A program made the translations under genes and the position numbers. Source: Ylistrum balloti (lineage: Eukaryota). Taken from it: a stretch of DNA of 64,000 bases. This document shows, piece after piece, positions 13,776-24,051 of the stretch (positions within the stretch are counted from its first letter, which is position 1; each line of letters starts with the position of its first letter). The stretch is from assembly GCF_031769215.1 (NCBI RefSeq), contig NW_026782179.1:2108001-2172000 (forward strand). The letters run 5' to 3'. Below the pieces are notes generated by a model. It had not been told where the DNA came from. It searched no databases and was given only the letters and a program-made list of their open reading frames with translations.

Positions 13776-14291
13776 CGCACATCACTGTTCTTAATGTTCA
13801 TAACCCTTACTCAAATGGGTCTAAACCAATAAGTGTTAATCATTAATATTATTAGTTTTCCTTTTCTTAACACAACGGTTCTACGTGTATTGCACTAGGG
13901 AGGAAATAGAATATGTGCCGACAGTCAGTGTGTCAGTTTGTCTGCTCATGTGTATATAGATTTAGGCTGGTTATCTATGACAGATTTGTAGTTATACATG
14001 TGCGATCCAATGCCACGCACTATGAACCTTACCTGACTTACAAAACTTGTAATGGGCGGGTGCAGACTTGCTGTTAAAACTAACATATTTAGGAAACCTA
14101 TGCAATACCCGTAGTGATGTTATAAATAGCTACGGGCACTTGGACTTGAGTCAAAACTCCTCCTATCTTATGCTATTGATACAAACATAATACAAAACGC
14201 AAGGGAATCACTGACTACATCGGGCCATCTGGATAATCTCCTATACGACATGCGAGTACCAGGGATTTAGGATTAACACCTCAAACGTGTC

Positions 14292-14334
14292 ATGATGGCC
14301 TCCAACACCCGGATACCAAAGAGGGCTAGATCTG
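14292..14334 (+). CDS. Coding exon 1 of the DUF3715 gene (MMASNTRIPKRARS-G|)
   Basis: ATG ATG at 14292; donor TG|GTAAGT at 14334/14335; phase 1 joins AA at 18201 to give Glu; RIPKR resembles the TASOR QIPRK motif. A GGGCGG GC box lies upstream at about 14054. Confidence 0.75.
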
Positions 14335-17300
14335 GTAAGTATGGACGAGATATTGATGACCTCTGTACAGGCTGAGTTTGAGATTGATGTGGTTGTAAGT
14401 GTTGTCAACCGATCGGAACCCTACTACACCATGTTCATTTCGATGACAACACACAGAGACACCAAAATGAGACGTCTGAATTCGTCTGCTTTTGATTGTC
14501 AGAACCTGAACTGGGTTGATGTCGGCAGAGAAAACTGTATATATATATATATGAAAATGGAAGCATTTAAAAGGAAGGAAAAACAACATTATTTCAATTC
14601 AGTTCAGGACATACGTCAAATTGAAGGAGGAAGCAAAAAGAGGAATTCCCAAATCACGCTATGGAGTGCTATGGAATGTGTTGACTCGATTTTGGCAGAG
14701 TACTGTTAAACTGCGCAGTTATCGGAATGCAAATATGTCGACCAAAAATAGATATACATATGAATTTTACAGTTAATGTCACCGACAAACTAGGTTTAAA
14801 AAGTATCACACATATGTATGTGTAATTGACGTTTAAATCAAACATATAACAAAAACAGTTAACTGTTTGTTTGTTTTTATTCAACTTACACAGTTAATGT
14901 TTAAACAGAATACCTTAAGACATGGTGTATCATTACATGCATAACCTCAAGCTAACGCAGGATGTTATATTTTAGGATTTATATGTTGGGTCAAAATAAT
15001 TGTAAAATGAAAACTGAAAATGAAAAATTAAATCAGAGATCAGTAATTGTACAGTTAATGTTAGAACAATTGTTTATGTGTCCGTGTAAAATTATGATAC
15101 CCTGAATCAAGGTAGTATACATCTAGAAGTAAGCATTATTTCCACAATGTAGAATTTTTAGTGGATTAGCGCTACAACGCTTCGATGTTAGAATTGTTAA
15201 TTCAGTGCGGCGTAGTTACAAAACTGAACTGTATTTATTTTTGCTCAGTGTAGTGCTATGAATTAGCATCCGCCAGTCTCGAAAGACTAAGGTAGTTGCC
15301 CATTAAACTAGCCTGTGCCGGTGCAGTTTTGTGCTGCATGATCTGCTGCAGGTGTTCACATCTGACTTTTCTCTTCTGCTCGGTATGTCTACATATGTTG
15401 CGGTAGGGGACTTCTGCTTTTAAGTCTGCTGGTTCAGTTGAGCATTTCAAATGGTCTCTCTAGCATATTATTTGCTTTTAGTGTCTTGTTAATTCGGTGC
15501 AACTATAGGTCAGTGGCATTAAAGTCTCTGCAGAACCTGCGGAAGTCAATGTCGTTAAGTCTGTGCGGTACTAGAGTGTTGATGGTGTTATATTAATTAA
15601 GTGTAGTAACACGGACTTCAAATAGATGCCTTTATCAAAGTATGTGGTAGTAGTGCAGGTTTGTAAGTTGTGTAATCATTGCCAACTGACATACCATTCC
15701 ATATTTGAATATGAAACGTTTGCAAGTCATATTTTACTACAGAAAGTTAAACGATTAATTATTTTTGAAAAGTTGTTGCTCGATAAATAAATGTTTTATT
15801 TCATTGTGGACCCGCTAGGAAGCTGCTTGTGTTATCATGATATTATACATATACTGTATCTAATAGATATCGAACTTCGCTCACCAGAAAGTACCATGTA
15901 TATCAGTCGAGATAATTCAGTCGGTAAATTAACAGACGGGACTATACATGTTTACACTGATAAGGGTGATAATGTGTGATAAGATTTCTTATCTCAGGAC
16001 AGGCTGGTTTGTGTTCAGTTATAGTATCTTCAGTTATCTAGACATTAAACAAAGGCGTCGATGTAATCTAGCAACAATAATACAACCATGATTATATACA
16101 TACATATATACATAACCAGTTACATTTTGTACTGTTTGTATAATCGTGTTTTTTATTAGGATCGGTCATAAAAATTCATTTTAAAGAACCTTCTGTATAG
16201 AGGGTAAAATTCCACACATCTGCTTCTAAAGTTTTTTAATGATAACTGAAATCAGTTATTGTATCCAATCTTGTAAGATGGCCCTGGTTAAAATGAGTAA
16301 GACAGCACTTGTGACAGGTTATTCTGTGTGTGTTAATACACGGGTTTCAATCGCATTTTTCGAAAATATCATATTTGAATTACTTTATTAGTAACCAATG
16401 AAATCATATCGAGCATGTTCTGTACAGGTAGAAGTCACACTACATACATAAATTGTATATAAAGACGACTCGCTATCCGTTTATGCAATCACATGCGGTA
16501 AAAACTTAAGTATATATAGTTAATGTATATACATTTCTGTAAACCGAACATATATATACATGTTCAAATATATAAGTCTTGTCAGTACGTCAATTTTGCA
16601 TATTGATACGTTAAATAGTAACGCTTGCTGTCATACAAGCCAAAATAACAGAGAAGACATATTTTAAAGGGTTAGGATAAAGTAGTTCAGTTACAAAAGC
16701 GGAAATAACATAGAGAAGACACATTCACAGCTGAAATAGCATAGAGTAGTCGTATTTAGAAACAGCTGAAATAACATAGAGTTGTCACATTTACAAACAG
16801 CTGAAATAACATAGAGTTGTCACATTTACAAACAGCTGAAATAACATAGAGTTGTCACATTTACAAACAGCTGAAATAACAGCCATACTTACAAACAGCT
16901 GAAATAACGTAGAGTTGTCACATTTACAAACAGCTGAAATAACAGTCATATTTACAAACAGCTGAAATAACATATTCACATTTACAAACAGCTGAAATAA
17001 CATAGGGTTGTCACATTTACAAACAGCTGAAATAACATAGAGTTGTCACATTTACAAACAGCTGAAATAACATATTCACATTTACAAACAGCTGAAATAA
17101 CATAGAGTTGTCACATTTACAAACAGCTGAAATAACAGTCACATTTACAAACAGCTGAAATTACATAACATATTCACATTTACAAACAGCTGAAATAACA
17201 GTCACATTTACAAACAGCTGAAATAACGTAGTCACATTTACAAACAGCTGAAATAACATAGAGTGAAATAACAGTCACATTAACAAACAGCTGAAATAAC

Positions 17301-20300
17301 ATAGAGTTGTCACATCTACAAACAGCTGAAATAACATAACGTAGTCACATTTACAAACAGCTGAAATTACATAACATATTCACATTTACAAACAGCTGAA
17401 ATAGCATAACAGTCACATTTACAAACAGCTGAAATAACGTAGTCACATTTACAAACAGCTGAAATAACAGTCACATTTACAAACAGCTGAAATAACATAG
17501 AGTTGTCACATCTACAAACAGCTGAAATAACATAACGTAGTCACATTTACAAACAGCTGAAATAACGTAGTCACATTTACAAACAGCTGAAATAACATGG
17601 AGTTGTCACATCTACAAACAGCTGAAATAACATAACATAGTCACATTTACAAACAGCTTAATTAACATAAAGTAGTCACATCCACAAATGGCTGAAATAA
17701 CTGGATATATATCATATATCATTGAACATATTACATCGTTTGTGTTAACACTGACTACAATTCAAAGCTTGCCAAATTAACAATGACACTAAAAAGGTTA
17801 TGGGTTGTGTTTGTCTATACATATGTTTATTGGAGAATCAATGAGACGATAACATACAAAACAGACAGGTGGATTTGCATAATGACAAAAGCAAATTTAG
17901 TACACACAGACGTCTTATTTGATTAAGAAGTTTGTATTGTCTGAAAGCAGTCGTGAATAAGAGCAATGGCATTATAGGAATTAATTGATGTAGATTTCTT
18001 GTAATTATTAATGTGAAAGTGAAAATATTCGAGAAGAAATATTCTGATAAGTTATCAGATCGAATCTATGCCATCTTCCCCGGTGTACCTTGATAAAATC
18101 CTTGTTTTGTGTGATTGTCTAATGTTCAGTTAGGGTGTCATGCTATGGCAGCAATGTTTCGGGTGATTTCTTTTTTTCTAATTTTGCTATTGTATTTTAG
18201 AACTTATGGAATTTATTCGACTTGATTCTCCTGATGCCAAAGAGATATTGAGAGAGTCTCAGCGAACGAATCTAATTGAGAAAAACACAGAGAGGATATT
18301 CCGTACGATCTCTATGTGTTTAGTCCGGAACACCAACCTGGTCAGGAGATACGAGAGAAGAAGGAAGAGTCTCAGAGACCAGGTAAACAATCAGTAATAT
18401 ATCCTTCCTTCCTACTCTTTTCTTCCATGGCAAAGGCATTGTAAATTTGTAGAGTTTTAGGACTTCGGTGGCATATGTTCTGTCAATTAAATATATAATT
18501 AATTTTCCAGGGTAGAAAACCAAAGGAATTGGAAGATAGACTTCTATTTGCTGAAGAATCTTGGCCAGAGATTCAGAAGGTGTGCAGATTGGGACCAAAT
18601 TGTGAAAAGACACGAAATGTTCTAGGCGACAGTCAGTTCGGTCTTCACCTCAACAGAAACTATGACATCCTTTTGAGGTACACGGCGTGTACGAAAGCTG
18701 AAGGGATCAGGTTCTTACTGGTCTTTAAGGTAAGAATGTACTTCTTTGTTGTTGACATTGACATTATTACGTATAATTCCGTGTACCTACTTTTGGATAT
18801 TTTTGTGCGTGCTCTTTGAATAAAAATGAATTCATTTGATCTAACAATATGCTGGAAACTTTTGCCAATATTATTTGTTTTCTTGTAAAGGCTATGTTCG
18901 GAAAAGTGAAATCTGTCACACCAAATCTAACTGATCAGTATCAGCGCAGCATCGAACCAACTCCAAACTACGATACACACATCTCCGTCATTAAACCAGA
19001 CGCCGATATGGGAATATGTGATGCACAAGACCACAACTTAGTAAGTACTGTTTAATATAAACAAAAATATATACAACTAATAGAAATTAAAGGTAAAGTG
19101 AAGTTAGTATGTTTAAGACTGTGTTACATTAACATTCGCCTCTAGATTACATTTTATGCTCATAAACAACCTAGGTATTTCTGTGATGAGTTGATATATT
19201 AATGTAACTTAATCAAAGTGTAATATGTATTCTCCAGAAATAAAACGGAGTGACGTATCTGTTATTTGCTACAGATTATGCTAGAAACCAAAGTATATAT
19301 GTCCCAGCATTGCAAGCATATTATCAACTAATCGCTTAGTTCCTTTAAGATGAGAAGAAACACCTTAGTAGTGAACTTCGCTAAACTGAACGCCATATGA
19401 TAATATTCAAAATCGGGTTAATACTGCAAATATATTAGAAAACTATTACTCTGTCATAGCCTTGTTATTAGAGAAAAGAAAATCATGAAATCAGATTTTT
19501 CGGGTTTTTTATTTGTAGGCGTACCTGTATGAATATGACGAGGAGACGACACTGCCAAGCATGTCGCCATCGCAAATACTGCCTTTTGCTGTAATTAGCC
19601 TTCAACGAACAGAAGAGAAAATCATTGGTCCTCTGCGGACACCGTGGTCAAAGTTGAGGAAAAAAAGACAGTTGTCTTCTTTCAATCATACTTTTAAACA
19701 ACAATTGAGCGAGGAAGCACACACTACACCTATTTCAAACATAGGCGTTTCCCTAAATACTGATTTGTCATCAACTGCACCGAAGGGAAAAGTTGCCGAC
19801 ATTTCAGTAGACAACATTAACGCCTGTTCCAAACGAGAAATAACAAATTCAAACTCGTTGGATAACGTTAGTACATTGGCATCTAACAAAAACGCCAAAC
19901 GGAAATCACCAAAATCATCCCGTGGGTCTACACAGCGATCAGTCATGAAAGTATCTGGGGATCGGCCCAAATCAGTAGAGCAAGAAAAGACGGATAAAGG
20001 TCCATTATATGCAGATGTGGATTGTGCGCAACAGGATGAATCAGATTTACAATACACGGAATATTTCTGTGATCCACCCCTTGAACAGAAGTCCTCGGAT
20101 GACACAAATATGTATCTGGAAATTGAAAATTCGTCTCCCACCCAGCATGCTTCTCCCCCTCCTACAGAACCTTCATCAGATAAGTCGCTTATTATTCATC
20201 GATTAAAAGAATTAGAACAAGAGATTCAGACGAAACAAAGAAAACTTCACGAGCTCAGACAAAGTCGACATTTATCGGCGAGGTCTAGAGATTCTATAAC

Positions 20301-23300
20301 ATCAGATGAGGACCTATCAGTAGAGGATTTCGTTACCGAGCAAATCGCAATGGCATCAAAAATGATGGAGCTAAGTGAGGAGAGTGAACAGCCATTAGAC
20401 CTTAGCAAAGCTAGCACTATTCAATTTGATAATAAATTTAAAGATGAGAGTGTATCGACAACTGACAGGAATGTCTCTATTTTTACTCTAGATGAAAGAC
20501 TACAACAAAATGCACATATTGATGGAAACCATGAAAACGAAGAAATGTTGAACATACAGTCAAATAACGACTGTTCAGGAATTACGTTAGCGGGCAATAT
20601 AAACAAATTGCATCTGAAAATTAACGTCGATTCAGATCAGAATAATTGTGGTGAACTGAATCATGACATCCCTACACCAACACTGGACGAGCCGCAAGAC
20701 ATGTGTTGGATAGATACTGCTCAAACGGTCGTAGTTTCAGCAGGTCCTCTGAATAAATGTCGAAACAACTGGGATACCAGGGGATCTACTGTAGGAAAAG
20801 AAACTGATACAGAAGTAAGGAGGGAAATAAAACGTAATGATTCAGTTGATAGCACAAGCAGGTCTCAAACAGATGTAAGCATGCCATCTTCTTCAAAGAA
20901 GTGCTCAGATTTCTATGAAAATTATATAAAGAAAAAGAAGCGAACTATGGCCGATCATTTCAAACCAAAAGAAATATCAAATGTATCGGCAGGTGCTCTC
21001 CAACATTCAGACCAATGTAATATGATTGTGATGGGACTTGGAGATACTGAAAATTCGCATTGGCACCATACGTCAGCTGTCAAACCAAATGTGTCAGAAA
21101 CGGTTGATCAACAACCAATGGAGGAAAATGAGCAATCAACCAACAATGTTTCTCCACAGGCGGAGCTTTGTTATTATAACAACAACTGTAAGGTTCTTAA
21201 CTGGAGAGATCCAATACTTAATAAAGTTGCAACATTGGAGAGTGAATCCACGAATAGTAACAAGTTTGTACCTCAAGCAAATGGTGAAGACACAACACAG
21301 TCAAGCAAGGTAGATATTGAATGTATTGCAGAAGAATGCTATGAAGATGGTCATAAAAAACATGAAGACATACCTGATCATGCAGGCCCAATACAATATG
21401 AGTCAGATAAGGTAAAATGCTCGAAAATACAACGTGATTCTGACATTGAAGATAAGCATTCTGTTCTGGCTTCTCCGGTATGTGATAATAACACATCTCC
21501 GTCGTGTGACGAAACATCTGAGAATGTTTTGAATGAGATGCAAGTCGACCCAGAATCGAACAATTGTCAGTCAAATGCTAGGCACAATGTAGATAAAACT
21601 TTATCTACAGATGTTAAAAAAGCCTTGCAGGACCTCGGAGATGCAATCAAGGAGATTCAGAAAAAAGTCATAGAAACTGACGATAGCAAGAGTTCATCGA
21701 TCATCAGCTCTCCGATTGAGGTGGAAGTGGAGATGGACACATCATTGAACACAATGTTTATTCAAGAAAATCAAGGTCAGCAAGCAATTTCTACAATTGT
21801 AACCGATCGCTTAGTTCGTCAAAACAGAGATAACGCTACCACAAAAGTACCTACAGTGATAGAAGTCAGTTGTGTGAACATGCAGAAGGATGTCTCGGAA
21901 AACGGAGCAATGGATACAGATTTAAGAAATGAATGCACTTCAATGTTAGACGTCAATGACGCAGTCATAACGCCTATGAAAAGTGTTGATAGCAATACCA
22001 AGTCTGAAAACCTTGAAGATAATCGGCCCATACAGTTTGAACTTAAGGCAAAAGACAAGGTTGAGGACTTAAATTGCGATGATTTCACACCGAAAAACCA
22101 AGGTTTCTCGTCTTTTTTGCAAGATGCAGGTTGTCAATCTGGTTTTGAAGCACTCTCTAAGGTCATTTTTCGTGATGGTGAAGCTATCAGAGGTAAAAAT
22201 CAGCAGAAAGCAGATAATCCTCCAATTGTAGTGAAAACGGAAGCTCCAGATTCGTATTTTGACGAGAAATCAATGCAAATGGATAGCATAGAGGATGACT
22301 CAGTGCGGAAAGTATATATCACAAATGCTTCTCGGGAAAAGGAAAGAACCGCACATACAATATCAAACGAATTCATCTTAAGTCAAGAAATTGAAAAGAC
22401 ATTAAGTGAAATAAAAAATGATACAAACATTTCACACCAATTATATTCACCTGAAAATAGCAGTTTTCAGGAAAAAGAGGCCAAAACTATCAAACTTGAA
22501 AATATTCAATTATCACCATCTCATCGACCACGCAGCAGTGGCAGGAGCAGAAGTCGGAGCAAAAGTACAACTGTTTCGATAGCTTCTGATTTACAGAGGA
22601 AATCACATTACCGGCCACGCGAAGTGTCCCCAATTCGGGATCCTTCATTTGTCCCATTCCATGAAAAAGGTAAAATCCTCAAAAAATATTTCAAAAACAA
22701 ACGAAAACGATTTGGATTGAAATGGGTTGGTAGAAAGCGATCACCAAGCGGCTTTAGGGTCCGCGCTGTTCACAAAGCTAAACTAACATTATACAAAAAC
22801 TTTGTCTCACAAGGACCATCAGTGAAAAAACGGACGGATACAAGACGAGTCGTAAAAGTAGAAAAGAGAGATTCTGATGCCAATGATCGAAACTCATGGA
22901 AATCAAAATATTCCCATAAAAAAGCTTTTTTCAGGAATTCCAGCAAAGACGTTGCTGAATCTAAGTTCCAAGAAAGAGGACTGCGTTCTTGCACAAACAG
23001 ACAGACGGTAAGACCCTGGCATAGAACTGGAACAATTCCGGACAATTTGATCATAGATAGGCATGGTATGATCATTTCCACGACGTCGCAAAGCAATCGG
23101 TCCGAGTCACGATTTCGTAATAACTCAAGGTTTGGCAGAAGAGTGTGCGATGAATCGGTCTTAAACAAACATCAAAGTACCAGAAGGAGTTTCCTGGAGC
23201 ACAGTGAAAGTACAAATCGTAGTGATCTTCCAAGTTCTGAAGCTACGTTATCAAAAGCAATGACCTCTCTGCTCAAAAGGGTCTTATTTGATGGACCAAG

Positions 23301-24051
23301 AAATGACGGAAGTACTGAAGACAAAATGGCAGATATGATATTCGAAATGATGAAAAGGGTTACTAGAAAAGATAATGAACAATCATCAACGCTTGGCATT
23401 GATCATATAAGCCGCGAGGAGACACGAGGATTTGAGGAATTGCCTGTAGACTATTATCCAGAACTCTCGTCGGCTGTTCGATCTGATCGGTCGAGAGATC
23501 GATCGAGGAGCAAAGAAAGCTACTCGGGCAATTGGGAACGCAGAGAGGTATATATTGACAGTAAGTCGTCGATCAGCTGTGATAGCCGGGGCTATACTGA
23601 CCATAGACGTAGTTATATGCAAACAAGTGATGAACGGAAGAATCACGAAGAACGGTATTACAACAGGACTGAAAATTGGTACGATAGGACCGACAGAAAT
23701 GAGAATCCACGTTTCGGGGACAGGTTCGATGACCGCGGATGGGATAGGGGTCGTGAAAGATGGGATAACACAACGGATAACTTCAATACATTCAGCCGAA
23801 GTAATTTAAGTGAAAGTCATGACAAGCGACCATTTCAAAGGGATGACGGAAGATACTCGTCTAGATCATTTAACTTAAATGCATCTCATTTAAGGACGGG
23901 AAAGGATTTTTCATCTGGAAAAGGTTTCCGCAATTCAGATTTTCACAACCAATCCTATAGTAGAAAGTTTGAAAAATATGCATCTGAAAGAAAGTATCAT
24001 CATAGAAACCGGAACAGAAAGAGTAGCAGAAATGCTAAAGAAATGCTTTGA
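14292..24051 (+). CDS. TASOR/TEX15-family DUF3715 pseudo-PARP protein, about 1708 aa; join(14292..14334,18201..18382,18511..18729,18891..19040,19519..24051)
   Basis: All four introns are GT..AG with matching phases (1,0,0,0). Spliced N-terminus MMASNTRIPKRARSELMEFIRLDSPDAKEILRESQ...MCLVRNTNLVRRYERRRKSLRDQGRKPKELEDRLLF...VLGDSQFGLHLNRNYDIL...FLLVFKAMFGKVKSV...IEPTPNYDTHIS...AYLYEY...PSQILPFAVISL. This aligns collinearly with the TASOR DUF3715 as I recall it (FQIPRK...ACLVHNELLEKEFTEKRRELKFDGRLDKEL...ILGSPSMGVYLSRYADLL...VVIFKIMKGKIKS...LDPTPKHECHVS...YYFYEY...PRHVCPYAVVSF). Confidence 0.88.
16690..17700. repeat. Minisatellite in intron 1 of the DUF3715 gene: constant core cacatttacaaacagctgaaataac plus short variable linkers (35-bp main unit)
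   Basis: Roughly 27-30 core copies; linkers include atagagttgt, agt, atatt and gtagt. Confidence 0.95.
18201..19040 (+). CDS. Exons 2-4 encoding the DUF3715 pseudo-PARP core (18201-18382, 18511-18729, 18891-19040)
   Basis: Acceptors tattttag, ttttccag and cttgtaaag; donors CAG|GTAAAC, AAG|GTAAGA and TTA|GTAAGT; exon lengths 182/219/150 keep the frame. Confidence 0.9.
19519..24051 (+). CDS. Giant (4533-nt) terminal coding exon of the DUF3715 gene: domain end plus about 1480 aa of low-complexity tail
   Basis: Acceptor ttttttatttgtag|GCG in phase 0, in frame with ORF 19561..24051; uninterrupted to TGA at 24049-24051. Confidence 0.9.
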   Translation, partial: AYLYEYDEETTLPSMSPSQILPFAVISLQRTEEKIIGPLRTPWSKLRKKRQLSSFNHTFKQQLSEEAHTTPISNIGVSLNTDLSSTAPKGKVADISVDNINACSKREITNSNSLDNVSTLASNKNAKRKSPKSSRGSTQRSVMKVSGDRPKSVEQEKTDKGPLYADVDCAQQDESDLQYTEYFCDPPLEQKSSDDTNMYLEIENSSPTQHASPPPTEPSSDKSLIIHRLKELEQEIQTKQRKLHELRQSRHLSARSRDSITSDEDLSVEDFVTEQIAMASKMMELSEESEQPLDLSKASTIQFDNKFKDESVSTTDRNVSIFTLDERLQQNAHIDGNHENEEMLNIQSNNDCSGITLAGNINKLHLKINVDSDQNNCGELNHDIPTPTLDEPQDMCWIDTAQTVVVSAGPLNKCRNNWDTRGSTVGKETDTEVRREIKRNDSVDSTSRSQTDVSMPSSSKKCSDFYENYIKKKKRTMADHFKPKEISNVSAGALQHSDQCNMIVMGLGDTENSHWHHTSAVKPNVSETVDQQPMEENEQSTNNVSPQAELCYYNNNCKVLNWRDPILNKVATLESESTNSNKFVPQANGEDTTQSSKVDIECIAEECYEDGHKKHEDIPDHAGPIQYESDKVKCSKIQRDSDIEDKHSVLASPVCDNNTSPSCDETSENVLNEMQVDPESNNCQSNARHNVDKTLSTDVKKALQDLGDAIKEIQKKVIETDDSKSSSIISSPIEVEVEMDTSLNTMFIQENQGQQAISTIVTDRLVRQNRDNATTKVPTVIEVSCVNMQKDVSENGAMDTDLRNECTSMLDVNDAVITPMKSVDSNTKSENLEDNRPIQFELKAKDKVEDLNCDDFTPKNQGFSSFLQDAGCQSGFEALSKVIFRDGEAIRGKNQQKADNPPIVVKTEAPDSYFDEKSMQMDSIEDDSVRKVYITNASREKERTAHTISNEFILSQEIEKTLSEIKNDTNISHQLYSPENSSFQEKEAKTIKLENIQLSPSHRPRSSGRSRSRSKSTTVSIASDLQRKSHYRPREVSPIRDPSFVPFHEKGKILKKYFKNKRKRFGLKWVGRKRSPSGFRVRAVHKAKLTLYKNFVSQGPSVKKRTDTRRVVKVEKRDSDANDRNSWKSKYSHKKAFFRNSSKDVAESKFQERGLRSCTNRQTVRPWHRTGTIPDNLIIDRHGMIISTTSQSNRSESRFRNNSRFGRRVCDESVLNKHQSTRRSFLEHSESTNRSDLPSSEATLSKAMTSLLKRVLFDGPRNDGSTEDKMADMIFEMMKRVTRKDNEQSSTLGIDHISREETRGFEELPVDYYPELSSAVRSDRSRDRSRSKESYSGNWERREVYIDSKSSISCDSRGYTDHRRSYMQTSDERKNHEERYYNRTENWYDRTDRNENPRFGDRFDDRGWDRGRERWDNTTDNFNTFSRSNLSESHDKRPFQRDDGRYSSRSFNLNASHLRTGKDFSSGKGFRNSDFHNQSYSRKFEKYASERKYHHRNRNRKSSRNAKEML

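Noticed and set aside
14341-14709. 122-aa ORF as the start of the pseudo-PARP gene
   Set aside because: It begins immediately after the GTAAGT donor inside intron 1, has no family resemblance and contains a TA microsatellite.
16690-17700. CRISPR-like look (constant core with variable linkers)
   Set aside because: The linkers are 3-15 nt, recur and are mutually related; the context is a eukaryotic intron with no cas genes.
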